From the IMG/VR virus record IMGVR_UViG_2902076858_000006: DNA of 64,000 nt; one strand, 5' to 3'. The stretch's first letter is position 1. Every line of letters begins with the position of its first letter. Source of the DNA: an uncultured virus (IMG/VR IMGVR_UViG_2902076858_000006) (lineage: Duplodnaviria > Heunggongvirae > Uroviricota > Caudoviricetes). A program made the translations under genes and the position numbers. The notes beneath the pieces were generated by a model, which saw nothing but the letters and a program-made list of their open reading frames with translations, was not told the DNA's origin and did not search any database. Positions 1-9,017 of the stretch are shown here, one piece after another.

Positions 1-462
1 TTAATATAAACACTCTGCTTCAATATAGCTCTGCAACCCTTTAATCATTTGCTCTGACTCTGCAATTCGTTCTCTGAGTAACCAATAATTTCTGATAACG
101 GTGTCCGTAGGTCGGGCGGTGGTTGCATAAGCCAAGCTGGTGGCGGGAGTGGTTTTGCTTTTGGGGCACTCGGCTTTGATATACACCCGCTCAGGATGAC
201 GCTCGCTAATATCACGCAACCGACTAATTTCATTCTTAGCATTCGCTAGCTCCTGCGTATATTGAATATCCAACTAATTTAATCGCATTATGCGTGCTTG
301 ATAATTAGTGTTAATAGACTTCTGTTCTTCGAGTGCAATCGTTAGTTCTTTGTTTTTTTCTATCAACAGATTAATCCTGTTAGCTTGCCTGTTAATCACC
401 CAATAGCCACCCACAATGATGCCTACCATCGCGATGATGGCATAGAGTTTCCCGTATCTCAT
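1..462 (-). pseudogene. Rz: Rz-like i-spanin with in-frame TAG at 274-276
   Basis: ORFs 274-462 and 1-273 are in one frame and together align with intact Rz at 41199-41660 (RLN*LDIQ vs LLNQLDIK). Confidence 0.85.
45..242 (-). CDS. Rz1: Rz1-like o-spanin lipoprotein nested in Rz
   Basis: Lipobox LSGC, Pro-rich, embedded out of frame in Rz. Confidence 0.8.
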   Translation of the reverse strand: MLRMKLVGCVILASVILSGCISKPSAPKAKPLPPPAWLMQPPPDLRTPLSEIIGYSENELQSQSK

Positions 463-464
463 AA

Positions 465-593
465 TTAATACCGATGATGTGAGAATGCAATCTGACAACG
501 TTTTTCTAAACTAACTTGGTCTTTAGTACATGAGTTATCAATCAAGAGATAAATACCACCAGCGATGATGATGATTAAAGGTTTCCATAACAT
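465..593 (-). CDS. 42-aa membrane protein of the lysis cassette (below ORF-track cutoff)
   Basis: MLWKPLIIIIAGGIYLLIDNSCTKDQVSLEKRCQIAFSHHRY; homologue at 41667-41825 in the same position. Confidence 0.7.
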   Translation of the reverse strand: MLWKPLIIIIAGGIYLLIDNSCTKDQVSLEKRCQIAFSHHRY

Positions 594-760
594 AGTGCTG
601 ACTCCGCTTCTCGACGAGTCATAAAATAAGTAGCTAAACCAAGAACCATGCTAAACGCCATCCCAATAACAAATCCCCATTCATATAAAGAGAGACTGGC
701 AAAAAAGGCCGTTAGGCCTGCTGTTCCGTAGGTAACATTGGTTAATTTATCCATACGCAT
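575..760 (-). pseudogene. Phage holin whose C-terminus is replaced by the last codons of a deleted endolysin
   Basis: M-R-M dual-start motif after GGGGGTG SD, hydrophobic helices; ends RREAESALCYGNL, matching endolysin end RREMEYTLCHGNL at 41807. Confidence 0.75.
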
Positions 761-905
761 AGTCACCCCCAGAGGAGTGTCCATTAATGATTAATATAAA
801 GAGAAATTATTAAGAGATTTTCGAGATGATTTATAAAAATATAGTAATTCTTATTTATTACTGTACATATTTATAAATTTATTCATAAAATAATAAATAA
901 TATTT

Positions 906-1133
906 ATGAAACGGAGTAATCAAGTGCGATATATTATTTTATTTCTTATTTCTTTATTTTTTATAATTACTTTCATTATAATAACTAATGATGATAAAAA
1001 TCAGTCAGTTAAACAAACAACTAAAATCGAGAACGATATAAATAAAAAATCAGAAAAATGCACATTTTATTCACCAATAAAAACAAAACAACTGGCCTGG
1101 ATAACACTAACTCATAAATCCCCATGCTCTTAG
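906..1133 (+). CDS. Small membrane-anchored hypothetical protein
   Basis: N-terminal hydrophobic stretch; very AT-rich. Confidence 0.4.
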   Translation: MKRSNQVRYIILFLISLFFIITFIIITNDDKNQSVKQTTKIENDINKKSEKCTFYSPIKTKQLAWITLTHKSPCS

Positions 1134-1248
1134 GTGTAAATAATCATTACCAGTGTTATTATAATGGATAATACGAATAGGCATTTTCAAATCATAATTA
1201 AATACCATCAAATTAGATAGTATTTAAATTCAGTTATATACCTTTTTA

Positions 1249-1758
1249 TTAAAATATTATGATCCTGTTACTATCAAATCCATATGATGTTGCAAAATTA
1301 ATATATTCATTCAACAAATTTGATGGCATGGTCGGTGTACGTGATAATATCCATAAATAATCTTTATCTGGCCCTACAACCAAAGAATATTGATAATTTT
1401 TATCCAATTTGATGATATTATATCCACCATAGAATGGACCAAAAAATGATACTTTTAATGCACCCTTATTAGATGAACCAACAAAATAAGCCTTACCGAT
1501 GCTTTCTTTCCAGCGATGTTTATTTTGACTCCAACCTCGATTAATAACCTTAACACCACCATCATCTCGTAATGAATAATTTGCGGTAACTTTCGTTAAG
1601 CCTTTTTCAAAACGATTATCTATTCTAGCGACCTCATACCACTGCCCAAGATAACGTGATAGATCAAAATTATTAACAGGCTCAATGTCACTCGGAGGAA
1701 TAACATTGCATCCAGTAAGAATAAATGAACTTAAAAAAATGACAAAAGAACGTATCAT
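1249..1758 (-). CDS. blc: Outer membrane lipocalin lipoprotein Blc
   Basis: Lipobox LTGC, GQWYEVAR lipocalin motif, LKVSFFGPFYG, LWILSR. Confidence 0.95.
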   Translation of the reverse strand: MIRSFVIFLSSFILTGCNVIPPSDIEPVNNFDLSRYLGQWYEVARIDNRFEKGLTKVTANYSLRDDGGVKVINRGWSQNKHRWKESIGKAYFVGSSNKGALKVSFFGPFYGGYNIIKLDKNYQYSLVVGPDKDYLWILSRTPTMPSNLLNEYINFATSYGFDSNRIIIF

Positions 1759-1782
1759 GTTTTCCTCCTATCAATAAGTTTA

Positions 1783-2805
1783 TTATAATCCATAACGTAA
1801 TCTTAAGGATTGAGGATAAGGATGAAAATATCGCTGTTTACTCAAATAATTATCAGGATACTCTGATAGATAATGATTAATTAATGTTAAAGGTGCTAAT
1901 AAAGGCTGTATTCCTTGACGGTATTCTAAAATCAATTGACTTAATGCTTGTCGCTGATTTGGTGTTAAATAGCGCTTAAAATACCCCTGTATATGCATAA
2001 GAACATTGGTATGATTACGTCGTGTTGCTTGGTACTGTAATAATGTCATAAATCTATTTCGATATTCATCAAAAAAAGCTTCCAATGAATGCCATTCTTT
2101 ATTATTAGCAATAAAGCGACCTAACTCTCTATAAAGAGGTTGTGAATGAGCCAATAAGAGCAGTTTATATCTTGTATGAAAATCGATTAAAGACTGACGA
2201 GTAAATGCGTTCATTCTCAATTCATTCAACTCATCCTGTGCAAATACACGTATAACAAAATTTTCTCTTATATGAGGATCATTCAATCGTCCATCTTCCT
2301 CTATTGGTAACCAAGGCATCATTTTTTTCAGATTTTCTGTAAAAATACCCGTCCCTGCCTTCCTGTTACCATTACCAATAGGATCATATACACGAACACG
2401 CTCTAATCCACAACTTGGTGATTTTGCACAAACAATATACCCACTAAACTGATTAAATTTCTCTAAATACTCAACAGAATACCGATTCATCTTTTCAGTT
2501 AAATCACCTTCACTCCCGTTACTAAATTTTAATGCAATTTCTCCTGAATTTGATTTAACTAATCTTAGTGCGGGTCTTGGTGTAGGTAAACCAATAGCCA
2601 TCTCAGGACAAGCCGATTGATATTCAAAATAATCAGATAGTTCATCTACGGCAAGATGAAAGCGCTTATGACCACCATCAAATCTAACATTATTCCCTAA
2701 TAAACAAGTGCTAATCCCTACAATAATTTTTTTACCAACAAAATTATTTTTGTGAATATCTGTAACAGAGTTAAACATTCTTACTACCTCATATGAAACA
2801 TTCAT
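1783..2805 (-). CDS. ybgA: YbgA family protein (DUF523 + DUF1722)
   Basis: GISTCLLG..VRFDGGHK, CPEMAIGLPTPR, KSPSCG, NVLMHIQGYF motifs. Confidence 0.9.
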   Translation of the reverse strand: MNVSYEVVRMFNSVTDIHKNNFVGKKIIVGISTCLLGNNVRFDGGHKRFHLAVDELSDYFEYQSACPEMAIGLPTPRPALRLVKSNSGEIALKFSNGSEGDLTEKMNRYSVEYLEKFNQFSGYIVCAKSPSCGLERVRVYDPIGNGNRKAGTGIFTENLKKMMPWLPIEEDGRLNDPHIRENFVIRVFAQDELNELRMNAFTRQSLIDFHTRYKLLLLAHSQPLYRELGRFIANNKEWHSLEAFFDEYRNRFMTLLQYQATRRNHTNVLMHIQGYFKRYLTPNQRQALSQLILEYRQGIQPLLAPLTLINHYLSEYPDNYLSKQRYFHPYPQSLRLRYGL

Positions 2806-2878
2806 ATAATCTGATTATAGTGGATCATAACTGTATTCATATTAGTAAGATTATGCTTTTTTTACTACTTTTATAAAT

Positions 2879-3285
2879 TTAATTAGGTTTCAATCTTTCA
2901 GCACTAGATATATATAATGCAATAACAAGTAGCAGTATCGTTCCTGAGTAAACAATAAGTAACTGAGGATTTTTATGTTCAACAATAATTAACCTAATTA
3001 CCGCAATTATTGAAATATAAATAAAATATTGCAATGGAAAGTGATAATTTGATTGAAAATATTTAATAATTAATGCAATAAATTCAAAATAAAGAAAGTA
3101 AATGATAAGTCCATCAACTAATAAATAAATTGAAACTGGATCACTAACTGTAAACAATAAATTAGCAAGGATAATAGTTTCTTTAACTAAAAAATTATTA
3201 AAATAATTGCAAGTAATATCAGGCCAACACTACTAATCCATTGTAAAACTCGACTAATTACTTTTTTTTGATTTAGTCCTGTCAT
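2879..3285 (-). pseudogene. psiE: PsiE family membrane protein, frameshifted at a T6 run (3189-3194)
   Basis: [29 protein letters not shown] motif; ATG at 3285; one extra T restores a 135-aa ORF. Confidence 0.8.
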
Positions 3286-3370
3286 AATAACTCATAAGAG
3301 TTTATGCTCCTAATATCAAGTTTTCTATAGATTAAAATAAAAAATAGATGAGAAGCTTTATATTTAATTA

Positions 3371-3397
3371 GGCCGCCATCAAGGTATCGAACCTCGA
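3371..3397 (-). other. Possible tRNA 3'-half remnant (T-arm and acceptor strand)
   Basis: CGAGG-TTCGATA-CCTTG T-arm-like stem-loop followed by ATGGCGGCC; no 5' half visible. Confidence 0.35.
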
Positions 3398-3419
3398 CTT
3401 TTAGTTTAAATAAAACTAG

Positions 3420-3788
3420 TTGGCCATCCCTCTCTCGCTAAAATGTGAGGCTATCAATCTCTCCTTAAGAGATGTTGTTGCTCAATGTCGTGACGCAGTT
3501 TTGAGTAAATATCTCGTGCATTATCGACATACTACCGCACAAGCAAAACGAGGCGAACAAGTCACGCCAAATACGTTAACCACAACGTTTAAAAAAGCGC
3601 GAGATAAATGTGGGTTAACTTGGGAAAAAGGTACGGCACCAACTTTCCATGAGCAACGATCTTTATCCGAGCGACTTTATAGAGAACAAGGAATTAATAC
3701 ACAAAAATTATTGGGGCATAAAACACAAAATATGACTGATAAATACCACGATGATAGAGGCAAAGAATGGCAAATTATTGCTGTTTAA
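3420..3788 (+). pseudogene. int: C-terminal fragment of a lambda-type tyrosine integrase
   Basis: AIPLSL..FHEQRSL..LLGH..KY aligns with the C-terminal third of 50794-51921; N-terminus absent. Confidence 0.9.
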
Positions 3789-3796
3789 TTGAACAG

Positions 3797-3829
3797 TTTT
3801 GGGGAAAAGTTTTGGGGATATTTTGGGGA
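3797..3829 (+). repeat. Three direct TTTTGGGGA repeats, putative integrase arm-type sites
   Basis: Copies at 3797, 3810 and 3821, between int stop and icd copy. Confidence 0.6.
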
Positions 3830-3851
3830 AGAATTTTATAGTACAAAAAAT

Positions 3852-3876
3852 AAACGGGAACTAATAAGCTCCCGTT
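3852..3876. terminator. Intrinsic terminator downstream of icd 3' copy
   Basis: AACGGGA..TCCCGTT hairpin followed by a T-run on the minus strand. Confidence 0.7.
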
Positions 3877-3897
3877 AGCTATTTATCAAATCAACAA

Positions 3898-4062
3898 TTA
3901 CATATGTTTGATAATCGCGTCACCAAACTCGCTACATTTCAGCAGTTTAGCGCCTTCTAACTGACGTTCGAAATCATAAGTTACAGTCTTAGCGGCAATC
4001 GCGCCTTCCATACCTTTAATGATTAAGTCAGCTGCTTCTGTCCAACCCATGTGGCGTAACAA
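3898..4062 (-). pseudogene. icd: Duplicated 3' end of isocitrate dehydrogenase (att-site duplication)
   Basis: Translates [54 protein letters not shown]; near-identical to 52225-52389. Confidence 0.95.
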
Positions 4063-4226
4063 TAACACCTAAATTATCACTTACCTTATTAATTTGTAGG
4101 GTATATTTCATTCATTATTTTCTTATTTTTAGTTTTGTAGGGTTAATTAAACAATTTATATTAATCACACTTGTAACTTAACTTTGCTACCTTAAGTACA
4201 AAATTAACTTGTAAAGACTGAGTACA

Positions 4227-4694
4227 ATGGATAAAAAATATATTGAGGTCGCTAAGTTATTACACACTATTTTTCAACAATATCATGAGCGGATGGATTT
4301 GCCATTTTTCTGTACCTATCCATTAAATTGTTGCCAAGGTACTTCAATTCTATTAGGGCAACTTATCCTAGATTTACACCCCAATGCTAAAGTTACTATT
4401 GTTAAAGGTAGCTCTCGCAAAGATGATAATCATCATTACTGGCTTGAAGTTGATAAAAAGATTTTTGATTTAACTGTTGAGCAGTTTGTATCTTGGATGG
4501 ATAAAAAATATCACTGCCCTGCTTCACCAATATATGGTGATAAAAAATACCCTCTAGCAGGCTATTTTTTCTATAAGCAACAATTTTCGTTTGATGAAGC
4601 ATATCAGATATTTATTACTAAACATGCAAATGAAGAGGATGTTGTAGAAGCTTATGGTGTGGTGCTGTTGAAGTATTTTGAATTAGTACAATAA
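4227..4694 (+). CDS. Hypothetical protein, probable papain/transglutaminase-like Cys-His-Asp fold
   Basis: NCCQGTS...HYWLEV...FDLTVEQF spacing typical of a catalytic triad. Confidence 0.55.
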   Translation: MDKKYIEVAKLLHTIFQQYHERMDLPFFCTYPLNCCQGTSILLGQLILDLHPNAKVTIVKGSSRKDDNHHYWLEVDKKIFDLTVEQFVSWMDKKYHCPASPIYGDKKYPLAGYFFYKQQFSFDEAYQIFITKHANEEDVVEAYGVVLLKYFELVQ

Positions 4695-4798
4695 TATTCT
4701 AAATCTGTTTCTGTAATATAAACGTTTTATACATAAATCCAATATTAATTGAATATTAGATTTATATATGATTATTATTTTTTTACATTTTTTGAATA

Positions 4799-4823
4799 GG
4801 CTGTTTTGTGCCAGGAGCGGACG
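4799..4823 (-). repeat. Cargo-end palindrome, GGCAC type
   Basis: Minus strand CGTCCGCTCCTGGCACAAAACAGCC. Confidence 0.75.
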
Positions 4824-4967
4824 CTCAACTGTTAACTTTTTAGCATTAAACTGCGTGCTCGTGGACGCCTCAGGAATTCTGCCCTGAGGTGTATATGGCT
4901 ATTCACGATGTTTCCATTCAATCTCAGATAACTACAGCACACATGAAACCAAGTTAAGGAAATACGT

Positions 4968-5432
4968 ATGGAAAATGATACGCTGGGCGGTAAGGAACCT
5001 CAGGAAAAGATTTTAACCTGACTCGAAATCTATGAGGGGAAACCCTTTATTGAGCGGTATGGTCTATTTATGAGTAAGGCGCAATAGCTAAAGTTTGCCC
5101 TAAAAAAAATCATCGAATCGCTCCTTGGCTTTAACCTTTCCAAAGGGAAATTAGAAATATTGACGCTAGGCCAGACTCGCGTTGTTTTTGAAAAACTGGG
5201 GTTACGTGCAGGCTATAATGCCTACCTCAAATCATTTAAAAATCAGCGCAACACTATGGTGCATGAGTTCCTGGCTAATTATGCGATCACCCAGCGTTTT
5301 CTAGAAGGAGCCGCACTTATTCGCCCATTTGAACGTGAATTAGCTAATGCTTGCATGGGACTGGAACAGTTGATCATCCTTTGTGACTTTATCAACGGTG
5401 CCGGTGACATTAGCAGCTTGGCTAGAGCCTAA
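4968..5432 (+). pseudogene. HEPN-like protein pseudogene with two in-frame stops
   Basis: AAGGA SD, ATG 4968, TGA 5019 and TAG 5085 in frame with ORF 5160-5432; RNTMVH (RX4H) motif. Confidence 0.65.
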
Positions 5433-5740
5433 AGTCCCTTAAAATAATGAAGCATATCAGTTTTCATTTTTCCTAACTGGGCTGAACCGTAACTATGTTT
5501 AGTCTTTTCTGAGACAGACTAACTTCATGAGATATAACGTTTCATACAGACTTATATGTCTGAATGAATGATGGTTAATATATGATACTAAGTCGTAAAG
5601 AAAACATAGTAAGTAGAGGTTCAGATGTGTTGCATCATTCTTATACGCAGTGTATCACTTTATATTCTATTTAATCTTTTCATTTTCTATATGTTGGCCT
5701 TATAATATCAAAACAATTTCAATAAAAGTGAGGGGAGAGT

Positions 5741-7099
5741 ATGAGATTTATTGAATCAATAAATGAAAGAATTAAAAAATCAAATGATTTAATTAAGGCA
5801 GATGTAATAATGACAAATGAAATATTAGGCCCAGACAAAAACCTGCCTTATATTTTAAAGGACTTCATATACTCAAATGAAAAATTCAACTTTTCTTTAA
5901 TTAATAATGTGGAAAATTCTTTTTTTGAAATTGAACTTTTTAAATTCATCAAAGAGGAACGTGGTATTGAAAAAGATTTATTCGGGCGATGGGATTTCAG
6001 GACATCATTATATCATAACTTCAATTATCACCTTATGGGTTTAGACTATCGCATTGAGGTTTCCAGAAAAGAAGCAGTAATACAAAATGATAGTATCTTA
6101 AACGATTTAAGACAATTAGGCCTTAAGGATGCTGAAGTTATTGATTTAGAGTTTTTCGAGTTCCCTCAATGGGATAAGCAATTTGATATTTCAAGAAAAA
6201 TAAGCCAAATTGACTTTGGTGAAATAACTAATACAGAGTTGCGTGACTACTTTAAAGATAACTTTCTACATGTAGAAAAAGAAAAAATACATCTAAAAAT
6301 AATAAAATGCAACGACACAACTGGTAAGAAAATTTATTTGCCATTATATGTGGGTATAGGAACCAATGAGCCTTTTGGGTTGGCAATTAAAAAAGAAGGG
6401 GATAAGTCACGTTGGTATAAATTATCTCTCGATTCTGATGCCCCGTATATTGAAGAAGGTAAAGTAAAAACATTAAGTCACAATAATAACACAATAGCCA
6501 ATATCCTTGTAGATTCAAGTTTGATAGATAATGACAATTCATGGAATCAAAAATCAAAAACCATGATTATGACAGCAATAAATAAAAACCACCAAAATAC
6601 TGAAAATGGTAATAACAACTTACTAAAGGGCTATGTTAAGTTCAACTATAAATCTACAAGTAATGAAATTGTCATTGAAAAACCGGTTTCAAGTTTAGAA
6701 CCATACTATGATAAAAAAAATGTTGTACGCATGGATATATGGAAAGAATACATTAATGGGAAAGACTTTTTTTCAGAAATAAATGGATTGCTAGAAAGGT
6801 CTCAAGAAGAATATGAGGTTTTTTTTGAGCTTTTTAATTGTCCATACAAGATAATATCTGAGATTGGGACTAAAAAGGTTGTTGAATTAATCGGGCGAAA
6901 ATATAATAAAATACTAAAAACTCAGGATTTTAAAATGCTTCCCAATTGCGTTGAGCATGGTAATATAAATACAGTCGCTGGTGACTTATATATGTTGGGT
7001 ATCGATTCCAATAGAAATAGAGTATCCTCCCTTTTAATCCAGTTATTGATATTGACAGAACGATTTGAGCAACATATAGATGGCAATTTCACAGTTTAA
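5741..7099 (+). CDS. 452-aa hypothetical cargo protein
   Basis: Long AT-rich ORF with GAGGGGAG SD and downstream hairpin at ~7181-7197; no family recognised. Confidence 0.8.
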   Translation: MRFIESINERIKKSNDLIKADVIMTNEILGPDKNLPYILKDFIYSNEKFNFSLINNVENSFFEIELFKFIKEERGIEKDLFGRWDFRTSLYHNFNYHLMGLDYRIEVSRKEAVIQNDSILNDLRQLGLKDAEVIDLEFFEFPQWDKQFDISRKISQIDFGEITNTELRDYFKDNFLHVEKEKIHLKIIKCNDTTGKKIYLPLYVGIGTNEPFGLAIKKEGDKSRWYKLSLDSDAPYIEEGKVKTLSHNNNTIANILVDSSLIDNDNSWNQKSKTMIMTAINKNHQNTENGNNNLLKGYVKFNYKSTSNEIVIEKPVSSLEPYYDKKNVVRMDIWKEYINGKDFFSEINGLLERSQEEYEVFFELFNCPYKIISEIGTKKVVELIGRKYNKILKTQDFKMLPNCVEHGNINTVAGDLYMLGIDSNRNRVSSLLIQLLILTERFEQHIDGNFTV

Positions 7100-7383
7100 C
7101 CAATATAAGAAATATTTGATAATTAAATACAAACTCACTTCAAGTAGAAATTCAATGCAAAAAAGATTGCTTTAAATTTTCCCCCTTGTAAGGGGGGCTA
7201 TCCTACACCATTAAACACAATCTGGTACCAGAGCAATGATGGTTGATACAAGAAAATTAGAATATTTGCACGTAAGCTACTCAAGTTCGTTCGGTATGAA
7301 TATTGAGGTAAATATCCATAGTGTGGGAGGAGTGGTATAGCGAGGTTGGTAAAGCTTTTATCAGAAATTTGAACAACTACGAA

Positions 7384-7408
7384 CTTCCGCTCTTCGCTCA
7401 AGCCAGAC
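7384..7408 (+). repeat. Cargo-end palindrome, CGCTC type
   Basis: CTTCCGCTCTTCGCTCAAGCCAGAC. Confidence 0.75.
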
Positions 7409-7473
7409 TGTCAGGCGTAGTTGTGTTCTATCCACAAAACCTGTCAGTTCAAGCCTGAGCTAGTACACATTAA

Positions 7474-7839
7474 TCAACCAAAAATATTGCTTATCCCTGA
7501 ATATTGAGTGCTGACGTAATCATATAAGTTATTCATAGGAGATGAATCGCGTTGACTTTGCCATGCAATTTGGTTGTACCTAAGTAGAGACAATCTGATT
7601 CTCTCAACATTATAAAATGTATCGTGATCTCCATAGTATTGAGGAACTCTATATGAGAATAAGTAGAAATTAGCTCCATTTGGCAATGTAGATGATTGAT
7701 AGCACGAGGTAATAGTAAATTCACTTCTTGAGTGAAGAATGCTCGGTATCTCATAGGATAGAGACCAGATTATTTTATTTTCTATAGTCTCTCTGAAAAG
7801 CTGGTTTATGAATGTTACTTCATCAAAATCATTATTCAT
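7474..7839 (-). CDS. 121-aa hypothetical protein with start codon inside a heptamer repeat
   Basis: ORF directly downstream of 7872-8347. Confidence 0.65.
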   Translation of the reverse strand: MNNDFDEVTFINQLFRETIENKIIWSLSYEIPSILHSRSEFTITSCYQSSTLPNGANFYLFSYRVPQYYGDHDTFYNVERIRLSLLRYNQIAWQSQRDSSPMNNLYDYVSTQYSGISNIFG

Positions 7840-7864
7840 TATTCATTATTCATTATTCATTATT
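7830..7864. repeat. (CATTATT)5 tandem repeat
   Basis: Five exact heptamer copies. Confidence 0.95.
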
Positions 7865-7871
7865 ATCCCCT

Positions 7872-8347
7872 TTATACCTTACGTGTGCTCATATCATGTT
7901 CGTTTTTTATAGCTTCATGAAACTTAGTTAAAATTTGATAATAAGACCATGTTGCTTCATAAGTTAAGTTATCTTTGCTTTCTATATTTTTTCCGATCTT
8001 TTTTATCTCAGATCTAAATAACTCGATATGTGCATATATGTATGGTTCATGCTCTTTTTTTTGCAGACAGCTACATACCCATTACATTCTTGTATGAGTT
8101 TCCAAAACTTATATTTTATGTCAGGAGAATTAACCTTGAATTTATCTGGAGATGCTGACTTGATTTCATCACTAAATATTTTATATGTATTTGTGATATT
8201 GCCCACTATATAGCCGCTACCCGCTTTTTTATTGTAAACCTTTGAAAAATTATAAGTTTGGTATAATATAACTAATGTTATTAAAATTCCCGCAAAGGTA
8301 ACCAGTAAACCTAAGTTTGTAACCCACAAAGGCCAAATTTCATTCAT
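7872..8347 (-). pseudogene. N-terminal TM hypothetical protein frameshifted at an A8 run (8055-8062)
   Basis: One extra A extends the 114-aa ORF to 158 aa, ending at 7872 where its stop abuts the next SD. Confidence 0.7.
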
Positions 8348-8627
8348 CCTATTTACTCCTATTTTAGCAAAAAAAGCCTAAGGCCCCAATGTGGTACTAA
8401 TCATAACGGAGAGAAGCGAAAGCGTCTTCCTATCTTTGTTTTTATCCATGATGGTGTGTTTTGACTTAAAGAACGTCTTGTCCGCGGATTACATTTAAAT
8501 TATTATAATTCAATTGGTTAAGAGGGTGTATTGATTTCATATTGCGATACACATCTTATTTGATTCCGCGCCGGAATTTCCGAAAATCTAAAACGTGGAA
8601 TTTCACATTGGGACATAGAGTAATTTT

Positions 8628-8822
8628 TTAACTAAAATATAAAATTACCCATAACAAAAGGCACAACAAAAGACCAAGAGGCAGACCCAACAATATAGAG
8701 TAAACCCTACTACGAGGCTCTACATTACGCAGGCAATATCTACAAACTTTAGCCTCATTAGGTATCTCACTTAAACAGTGTGGGCAGTCAATGAATTCAT
8801 CATCATACTCATCATTAGAATA
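8628..8822 (-). pseudogene. Zinc-ribbon plus C-terminal TM small protein lacking a start codon
   Basis: SNDEYDDEFIDCPHCLSEIPNEAKVCRYCLRNVE...LLGLPLGLLLCLLLWVILYFS*; GAGG SD then AT-TCT. Confidence 0.65.
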
Positions 8823-8955
8823 TGGACCTCTTTAGCGTATTTATGAATAAGGTGTCTGAAGCTTAACTGTAAGAAAACTTATGCTAAGTACTTTTTTAAA
8901 CAATTTTAATCAGAGGAAAGTTTACTAACAGTTAATTTTACTGAACAGCGATATA

Positions 8956-8970
8956 TTCAGCGAGTATCGG
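8956..8970 (-). repeat. Degenerate cargo-end palindrome, CGCTC type
   Basis: Plus TTCAGCGAGTATCGG vs TTGAGCGAGTAGCGG at 54519 (13/15). Confidence 0.5.
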
Positions 8971-9017
8971 TTACCAATTCAGCATTGAGGAAAGACTATA
9001 TTGCCCTTACTAACTCT

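Larger units (their letters stand above)
1..4062. mobile_element. Decayed lambdoid prophage remnant C (continues left of window)
   Basis: Integrase C-terminal stump next to an icd 3' copy, plus holin, Rz/Rz1 and cargo genes, several of them disrupted. Confidence 0.8.

Noticed and set aside
7198..7401. 67-aa ORF starting MSEERKF
   Set aside because: Its start is the reverse complement of the cargo-end palindrome; likely spurious (same for 58457-58648)
8348..9017. Long intergenic region as a retron msr-msd or other ncRNA
   Set aside because: No reverse transcriptase in the window; much of it is explained by the hidden zinc-ribbon gene
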